From the human T2T-CHM13v2.0 reference genome, Homo sapiens, in assembly GCF_009914755.1 (NCBI RefSeq), contig NC_060926.1: a stretch of DNA of 64,000 bases; one strand, given 5' to 3'. Each line of letters opens with the position of its first letter. Positions within the stretch are counted from its first letter, which is position 1. Of this stretch, positions 54,548 to 64,000 are shown piece by piece. The notes beneath the pieces were generated by a model, which was not told where the DNA came from, did no database searches, and saw only the letters and a program-made list of their open reading frames with translations. A program made the translations under genes and the position numbers.

Positions 54548-56539
54548 CTTCATTGTGAATTTTTTAAAGGCCTTTCTAAACATCACATAAGATAGAGAAA
54601 TGAAGGAGTCCTAAAAAGAGGGAGATCTTAATCCAGCTTTTAATTGCTTCTGAATCTTAAGTCCAAAGGCCATTTTGCAAAATAGCCACATCGTCCTTAA
54701 GTTTATATGTATTTTAAAATGTAGTTTTAATTCAGTGACAAAGCTATTAATGAAATAAACATGCATTTTATCCAAATGAACACTCCTTTAAATACTTTTC
54801 CAAAGTGCATTTGAGGAAACGGTGAGGCTAATGCACAGGCAATGAATATAATATAACATGATAAATGCGGTATCTGTTAAATAGCAATGTAATGCCAGAC
54901 CAGGTTCAAATTCAATAAAACTTAACTCTAATATACAAAGCTTTTTGTGAGCACTTATTAGTTAAAATGAATTCTTTTATTACCCTAGTAAATTGCCAAA
55001 TTGTTAGAATAAAGCCACCCAAATAACATTCAAATTTAAATTGAACAATTGAACAGAATGAGATGTCATAATATAAAAACAGAATTAATATATATTTAAA
55101 ATGCATTATGTATTTTTCTTATATGAGTCATATTATTATGAATCTTTGGAAAATATTTGTAATTACCTCAAGTATTTGTTTCATTCCCTGCTTGAAGATC
55201 AGTCAAGTGATCAATTAATGGATCATTCTCAATCACACACCGCGTCTTTTTCCCATCTTAGCATCATAAGCTATAGAGCAATGTTGGCACCCAGATCTGC
55301 CAAATGTATTCAGTAATAGTGATTTCCTACCTGATTTGCTGTCTTTTACACTGAGCAGTGATACTTATCAGCTGAGTGCTACAGTCTATTTCCAGTCATT
55401 ACTTTATGTTTATTCCAGTATCTTTCCTTCTTTTTTTCATCTGCAACTGCCTGTGAACTCATAACATCACCAAAGATTGGAATAAAGTTAGTGGAAAGGG
55501 GGTTAAGAAGTAGACTGAAAGCAGCTCACTCTTTAATATGAAAAACTTCAAGTATGTGATTTTGGTTTTCTGGATCTATGTTTAACTCATTATACTTGGA
55601 AGCACTAAATGAAATAACATGTGAGAAACTGTTCTTAACAAGCATCTGTCAAATGACTAGATGAGTGGATGTATCAATGAATGCTATTGCTGCTAACCAC
55701 AACACTCAAAACAAAATGTGTGATGCTGTTTAATTTGCTTCAGCTGTGAATGATGTTTTTTGGTTTTCTCAAAAAAAGTTAACCTTGAAGCAACTTGTCT
55801 CTGTAGGCTCTTTTTTTTTTTTCCTATATTTTAAGTATTTTTTTTTTTTTTTTAGGTTTTGGAAGTTCATATTAAAAGGTTCAAATGGCTTTTCCTTTGC
55901 AGATTCCTCACTTCCTTTTGATCTGAATGTACCTATTGATTTATAATTTTCTCTCTTCAAAGAAATTTCCAAGTTGTTGCTTCAGGCCTCAGACAAGTTG
56001 CTGTAGGCAGAGACTGTTAGAAACGCATGACCTGGCAGGAAGCTGCATTCTGAGCAGGGTTCAGAGTTGGAACAGAGGAAACTTAAGACAACTTTCAGAC
56101 AGGCCAAGTAGGACAGGGTCCAAATCATCTAGAATGTCAACAAAGAGAGAAAAGCAGGTTTGCTTTTTTCTAAATCAGAATAAGATTAGAAAGATGCAGA
56201 ATAATGGGATGGGTTCAGATGTACATGGAGAGGGCTGATAAGTTTTGTCTTGTTTTGTTTTATTTAGAGAAACAGCTAGAAGCTCCAACAAGCTTGAATA
56301 GAAAAAAAGATAAAGATGTTTTATTATTGTAATGATATGATTATGATTTTTGCTTTATACTAATTTTTTCCAGGCATTCGTTCACCAAAAGCTTCATTGA
56401 GATCAATGATATTGGACTAGAATGACCCAAGTTTGGTTCTGAAATCACACTCTCTTTGTAATAGAAACCAAACAAAGTGTACAGGTAGAGTGTTTCAGAG
56501 GTATTATTCCTGCTTGACTCAAAATGAACATTAAAGTTA

Positions 56540-56847
<308 letters not shown>

Positions 56848-56893
56848 TAAAGTTAGCAATTTCTGTGGTTTCTTCATTTATAAGAAAACAGCC

Positions 56894-57212
<319 letters not shown>

Positions 57213-60200
57213 TCAGTGCAGAAACAAACAAAAACCTAGTAATTGTTTCAAAGACTGTGGTTGCTAAAATAGCATTATGAAAATGTGACAAGTTTACCTT
57301 TTTGTATGGGAATATAGGGCTAACTAGGGACTATTTGTTGATAGTCAAAGTCAAGGGACTGGAATTCAGATAGAACACCATATCTTGCCTTTAGCAATGG
57401 GGATTTCAGCTAGAATTATATATGGACCCCTCAACCAATGCAGGTAAAGTGTACATCTCTTTCAGGTAGGACACAGCATAATAAAAGATGAGGTTCACAA
57501 AGCTCTCTATAACCTTGCAAAAGCCAACTAGCACTTTTTAACACTTCTAACATCACTCTGTCACCAGAGAACAGTGTTTCTGCATTCAGCACAGAAGCTA
57601 TAAAGGGCATTAGAAACACTCCTTAAAATGTTCAACAGCCACAGCAGCAAAATTGTAGTGCTCAAGTCCTGTAATTTGGAGAATGGGTCTTTTTATACCT
57701 TAGCAAGCATTATACTTTATTTCACTTTTGAGAGTCACGGATGCTAGTGTTTTAATGAAAAATTCTTTTGCAAAAGTGACAATATGTATATATATTTTTT
57801 TCAGAGGAATGACTCTTTTTTTAGTGCTAGAACTCTAGCATAAATATGATACTTGGTGAGAAATACATCATTTAAAGTAATGACAGAGAAATTTAGGAGG
57901 GATAAAGAAGAAAATAAACCATTTAAGTAGCAAAGTTTTAAGTTGCAATTTAAGGTGATCAGCTCACCAAACATGCTCAAAGAAGGCCACTGCTCTGCAT
58001 ATGTTTTTGTCACTTGCAAAAGCTAAAAAAATAAATAAATCTGCTAAAGCCAACAGCTTTGGCGGCCTGCAATCTTTCTATAGCATGCTGTGCTCAGTTA
58101 TGTTCAGTGACTAAAAGCAATAACGTGTTGATTCTAGACTAATATGTCTAGCTCTGCAATTGATTGTAAGCCACTTTATGAGACACTCTGAAATCTTTCC
58201 TGTGTCTACTAGTCTTGATGAGCTCCTTAGCAAAATAAATTAGCAATTTTGAACCTTTTTTTCCATACTTGCCTACTGCCAAGACTTTCTAAATAAACCC
58301 TCTGTATTTTCTCCCCCAGCATGATCCACAGGGGGGGTCGCAATTCAGAGTTGCTCCTGTTTAATTTGGGTTTAGGTGTTGAGGTGCTCATGCAGTTCTC
58401 AGCAATATCTTCTCATTTGTACTTGCTTGACCTGATTTGATTCCACTTTTATTTTTCTAAAGCTCAGAGGTATGATATAAATGTCAGTAAAAATTAATCT
58501 CTTGCCCAGCACTAACCCAAAAGGACCTTCTCTATTTTAATAGTCCAGAAAGCAATTTTCTCTCAGCAACTAATTTTTAACTATTTATTAACTACATATT
58601 AATATGATTCTGTACCAAGACAGCCCTTTTTAATTTGAGTTGCTGAAAAAGTCAAATGTGATGGGTAATACTAGTTTACCTGCATGATTGCTATTATGTC
58701 AAATAACTGCTCTTTATACTTGAAAATATGTTTTTCCTCTTAATGCACTTCAAGTTGACCAGTGGTGCTAAATTGACTGATTCAGTGGCAGAACTCCAGT
58801 GTTTTCCAAATATCAGGTGCCACACTTAGTGGCAGCATCAGTTCTTGCCACCTTGGCTTGCCAATATAACTCAATGCATCTTTAATGGAAACAACAGTTA
58901 AAGCTGATTCAATCTAGGGCTGTTCTTCTGAGACTGTCAATAAAGGAATCTGCTGGTGCTAAATGTCACCTTGGTTTAGGAATAAAGACAGATTTTTCTC
59001 TCTGAAAGGAAAAGCAGATCAACGCACTTACCCCAGTCATGGGACATTTGTTCAGTTTGATTTTCTTCTGACCTATCTGTATATCATTAATTAATAAGCA
59101 AAAGAATACAGTCTACTGCTGCTATTGAGAATGATACTTTAAATTTTGGAATAAGTAAAGATTTCAAGGACAAGATACAATCATTACTAATGTTAAAACA
59201 ATAGTGTAAATGATCTTATCTTGCTCCTTCTATGAGACAGAGTAATTTTAGCCACATTAAACAACTATCCAAGTGTAGCTGAGAGTAGAGAAGATGAAAA
59301 TAAGACAAATAAATGAGGATGAAGGAGGATACACTGACATTTGTAGCCCTCCCAGGGCTTTGCATAGAGAATGGCCACTGTGGCCATGGCTAAAATGTTG
59401 CAAAGGAGTTGGTCTGTGCAATTATCAGATCTTGCAAGTCACAAATCCAGCTATGCATTTTTTTCTGGACAGGAGGCAGGGCTTGCCAGAGGAGAGAAAG
59501 ACTCTTTGCACACAGCTGGAGCTTTTCAGGGTGAAAGCAGAAACATGCTCCATTGACAGCAAACTTATAAACTGTCATGGGGTAGTTTTCTCTCTCTTTC
59601 CTCCCTCGACCTCAGACTGATTGGCATTTTTTTCATGACCTACCTGGCTATTCTTTCCCCTTGCCTCACTGCCGTTGGCAATAGCTTAAACCATGTTTGT
59701 TAGGTATAAGATCCTCAATCTAATGTGCTCAGCATTGTTCATGGCACTAAATATACATTTTAAAAAGGATGCTTTTGTTTCTCTACCTCCAAACTCATAA
59801 AGTCCCCTGGTCCTGGGTTTTGGAATCCATCTAGGAATGACCCTACATGCCTGTAATATTTAAAAAACAAGTGAAGATTTTATTGGTACTCTCAGGTACT
59901 TAATGGCATTTATTGAAATATTTTTTGTTCGTCTTCATAGTGAGGGCCAAAACATCTGTATCAACAGTATGAATCATGGACATATGATGTCCAAAATGCT
60001 ATCATTATGTTTTACGTACTACAGCAATGGTATGAAAGGTTGAGAAATAAAATAAAGAACATCCCGTTAAGCATTTAAAACGTTAGTCTGTGTACACTTA
60101 ATTTCTAGTAAAGGAACAGAAGACTGGAGTGTGATAAGAACTGAAGAAATATTTCACATCCTGTCAATTAGTTCTAGGAACAGGAATTCAATAATTTGCC

Positions 60201-60982
60201 TACCTTCGTCAGAAGAAAGTGAGGATAAAAGCAAAAACCAAAAACCAAAAGTTAAAAGGTTAATCTTGTCAATGACTGAAGAGCAAATATTTCTATTATA
60301 ATGAAAATTCTAAAAATAAGTACTGGGTATTTTGCCTGGGGTTTTAAAGAAATCAAAGCAAATTTAATGCAAGTTTCAAAGTGAGTGTAATAATAAACAG
60401 AAATTCTGACTTTCCCCCCCACCAAGATTTTCTTGAGTTTTTATGAGCAGTCTTGTCAGTGAGAAAAATAGACTTGCTGAATATTACCTCAGACAGGCAT
60501 TACTATCATCTCTAATATTAAATCTAGTGATACAAGGTGTAATTGGAAGAGTTGTATAGTTTTGAAGTCAGTTTAGAAGGAGCACTTTCAACAGTTAACA
60601 ATCTCAATGCAATCCCATCTATTTATTGCTGTTTCTTGGCATGTTATTCAATAACTTTTAGTTTTAGTTTCTTGAAAGTTCATTTAGCCTTACTGGTTAG
60701 TTACTATTTATATCAAGACCAAGACAGAATTGCAATGTAATAGGAAGCTCAGGTAGGTCAGTAAATATGTAATAGGGTTCCAACTCAACAACTAGCTGAT
60801 TATTAAGTTTTAGATAAGTCATTTTGCTTCTATAAGCTTCATTTTGCCCACTCATAAAAGGTTAATGAGAACTATAACAATATTTGTCAAGCATTTTTAT
60901 TAATAAATCTCTAATGGTGTAGGAGACTCAAAATGATTTTGGAGGGGAGGAGAAGGGTAAAGACTAGACATAAATAGATAGA

Positions 60983-61378
60983 ATGTATCCACCAACAATG
61001 CATTGGATAAAGAAAATGTGGTACATATACCCCATGGAATACTACACAGCTGTAAAAAATGAAGCCATGTCTTTTGTAGCCACATGGATGCACCTGGAGA
61101 TGATTATAAAATAATTAACACAGGAACAGAAAACCAAATACTGCATATTTTCACTTATGCAAAGGATAACAATTTTCACTTATGCAAAGAGGGTAACCAT
61201 AGATACTGGGGACTACTAGAGTTGGGGAAAGGTTGAGAAATTAACCATTGAGTAATATGCTCACTACCTAGGTGATGGGATCAATCATACCCCAATCCTC
61301 AGCATCATGAAATATACCCATGCAACAAACCTGGACATGTATCCTTGCATCTAAAATAAAAGTTGAAATTGTTTTAAA
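60983..61378 (+). mobile_element. 5'-truncated old L1 3' end (L1PA16/L1PB-like)
   Basis: ggataaagaaaatgtggtacatatac...cctcagcatcatgaaatatacccatg...aaaataaaagttgaaatt. Confidence 0.9.
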
Positions 61379-63455
61379 AGGTATTCATTAAAGAAGCATA
61401 AAGAGAGAGATCAATAAATATGCTTTGATATCTTCAAACAAAATTTACATTTTTCTCCATTCACAATATGTTGGTGTATAAAAACAATGTTTGGCATTAC
61501 CTCTATTAAAAGGAATTGTCATCTATCTGTGCTGAACAGGTCAATTTTAGCAAACCCTGCTGGATTAAAGAAAGCTGTTACTGAAGACTAGAGTGAAGGT
61601 CTAGATAATTTCTCTGCTTCTTTTTATAGTTCTTCTAGAACTTTGGTTTACATAAATACATGGATGTAAGTGGCAACAATGTATCTTTTAAAACTTTGTA
61701 ACATATGTCACTGAGTAGAGATGACCTGAATATATGGTAAAATGAATGGTATAACATTTTCAATATTACTTTTGCTGGCAATTTTAAGTAGTTTATTACT
61801 AAGAAATGAGGTTGCTGCTATCCTCATATAGTAGACAGAAAATGTCTCTAATCCATCATCTTGCACCTTTTACAGCTTCAGGAAGTATTTCATCAGAAGA
61901 CTCTTCAGTATGAAGAGATGACTAACTTTATGTTTTTCCTTATTTTAACATCGTCATTAATTCTAATCACATGTAAATAATAGTGTGATATGATTCATAA
62001 AATCCGTGACCTCTTCACCCAGCTCTCAAGCTGCATTTTCATTACAGTCTTTTCATCATCAGAATTTTGGCTTCAAGTTGTTGATTTAGTTGTGATTGTC
62101 TTGAAAAGAAAGGTCTACTAAATGAGTCAACTTTTATCACGAACTATAAATGTATTTATTTATCCAACTTTTAAATACAAACAATCCTTTCCCACTAGGA
62201 AAGTACTAAATCAACCATGAGTTGGAAGAGTATTTCCAATGCATTTCTACTGGTTGGTAATGCATATCTGTGAACTTAATACTTTAATTATTGCATTAAG
62301 ATCATTGAAAGATAATCAAGAGGATGTTCTTTTTGACACTTTCCTTCTAGGAGGATGCTTTGGTTGTTCAATCATTCAAGGTATGCACTGGCTGCCATTC
62401 ATAGAATTTCCCTCTGATAAAACTGTAACAAACCTATTCAATAATACATATGGCATTGAGATATACCCAATAGTCACTCATCCTTCACAAGCAAAGGGGA
62501 TGCTGAAACTGACTATAAACAAACCTTCATGGGGTAAGTTTCTTGTTGATGTTTTCTATATCATGTTCCTTTATTTAATTCCAATTTGCAAAGTTTTTAT
62601 TCAAAAGTGTGCTTGACTGGTTTTTGAAATATCCTTAAAAAATCATTTGATGGTGTTATTGCTCTTATATTTTCTTCTTAAAGAAGCATTTGAGTACTCT
62701 TATTTCTAGATAAACTGTTGTTGCTTGTATTAATTTGCTAATAGTGGTTGAATTCGTACTATCGACCTCTTACCTGTCAAGCAGATTGTAAAAAGCCCCT
62801 GGAAGAAGGTTGTCAAGATATTAGGTTTTTTTGTACTCTACACAATATGTTGCATATTTTCATTGATTTCTACCTAATTTTTAAAAACTTCATAATAGTT
62901 TTTAATTCAGATTAATGTATTCCATTTACAATGAAAGTAATTTTTCATCTAAAATAACAAAATTTAGAGAAAAATCTTTAAAACATGACTTTTTGCTATT
63001 TTTCTAAGATTAGAGAACTTTGTTCTTCAGGAAGATTAAGCAAAACGATATACTTGTTAAAAATAAATTATGTGGCAAAACTGTTGTGCAAACACTGAAC
63101 TGATCTGAGATTACCAAGTTTTTCTGGTGCAGAAAATTGTGAAAAATTATTCGTATGGTAGCAAAATACCCTGAACCACCAAAATGTATATGGCCATCTC
63201 CTGTATCAACTGCATCCTTTATCCAGACCATTAAAACGACCAAACCAGACCTTTTATTCCCTGATCCAGCAGACCAGAAACAGACCCTAGTAGGTTAAAA
63301 CCCCATAGAATCTGTTTCTGTGGTTTTACTTGCATTTAAAAATAGTTTCCTCCTCTAATCTTTAGGTAAAACCCAAGTTACTAGAGGATGCTCAAATGTC
63401 TTCTGTAGTTTTCCACAAATGCTGGAACATCATGCTTTCTTTAAAAATGGTCTGA

Positions 63456-63744
63456 GGGCGGGCATGGTGGCTCATGCCTCTAATCTCAGCACTTTGGTAG
63501 GCCTAGACAGGTGGACCACCTGATGTCAGGAGTTCGAGGCCAACCTGGCCAACATGGTGAAACCCCATCTCTATTAAAAATACAAAAATTAGGTGGGCAT
63601 GGTGGTGGGCACCTGTAATCACGGCTGCTCAGGACGCTAAGGCACGAGAATCGCTTGAACCTGGGAGGTGGAGGTTGCAGTGAGCCAAGATGGCGCCACT
63701 GCACTACAGCTTGGTTGACAGAGTGAGACTCCATCTTGGGGGGA
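63456..63744 (+). mobile_element. Alu SINE (AluSx-like)
   Basis: Full dimer; 13-bp TSD aaaaatggtctga (63443-63455 / 63745-63757). Confidence 0.96.
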
Positions 63745-64000
63745 AAAAATGGTCTGAAGAGTCTCAGTCCCTTCATGCAGAAGGGCCCTGCGGTTAGATA
63801 TCTTTGGTGCATAATTTAGAGCACATTAGTACAACTAATTTACACTAAGCTGATTGTTATGTGTCTGTGTTAATTTATTGGTGATCTTTCCTATTTTCTA
63901 TGTAGAATAATAAATGTTTGCTGTAACTGATAAAACTATGTAAATAATGTATTAAGCAAAACTTATTAATTTCCCTCACCTGTCCCTCTCCCATTGCCCA

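Noticed and set aside
62239-62616. 125-aa + strand ORF
   Set aside because: No recognisable domain, AT-rich codon usage, no promoter or convincing splice context

Overview
AT-rich, CpG-poor primate genomic DNA (Alu, L1PA and MaLR content fits human or another ape), consistent with a large intron or gene desert. I found no protein-coding exon chain, RNA gene, CpG island or CRISPR-like array, and I could not identify the locus. Much of the window is interspersed repeat: a full-length but inactivated L1PA13-like LINE-1 with a 16-bp TSD (1376-7490), about 11 Alu copies or fragments, a solo ERV1 LTR, several MaLR LTRs, one MLT1D-like MaLR provirus with internal sequence, DNA transposon relics and many L2/MIR fragments. 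The supplied ORFs that have recognisable products are L1 or Alu derived; the rest look spurious. The observations most worth checking are: a 154-bp retroposed mRNA-like 3' end with TSD (29329-29482); an identical poly(A)-signal deletion in both LTRs of the MaLR provirus; repeat-free CpG-retaining blocks that may be conserved enhancers (about 44.3-45.7 kb and 57.9-59.1 kb); several + strand candidate non-coding exons; and small templated insertions and duplications. The sequence does not support claiming a new biological system. Repeat subfamily names come from recalled consensus sequences and need RepeatMasker/Dfam confirmation.
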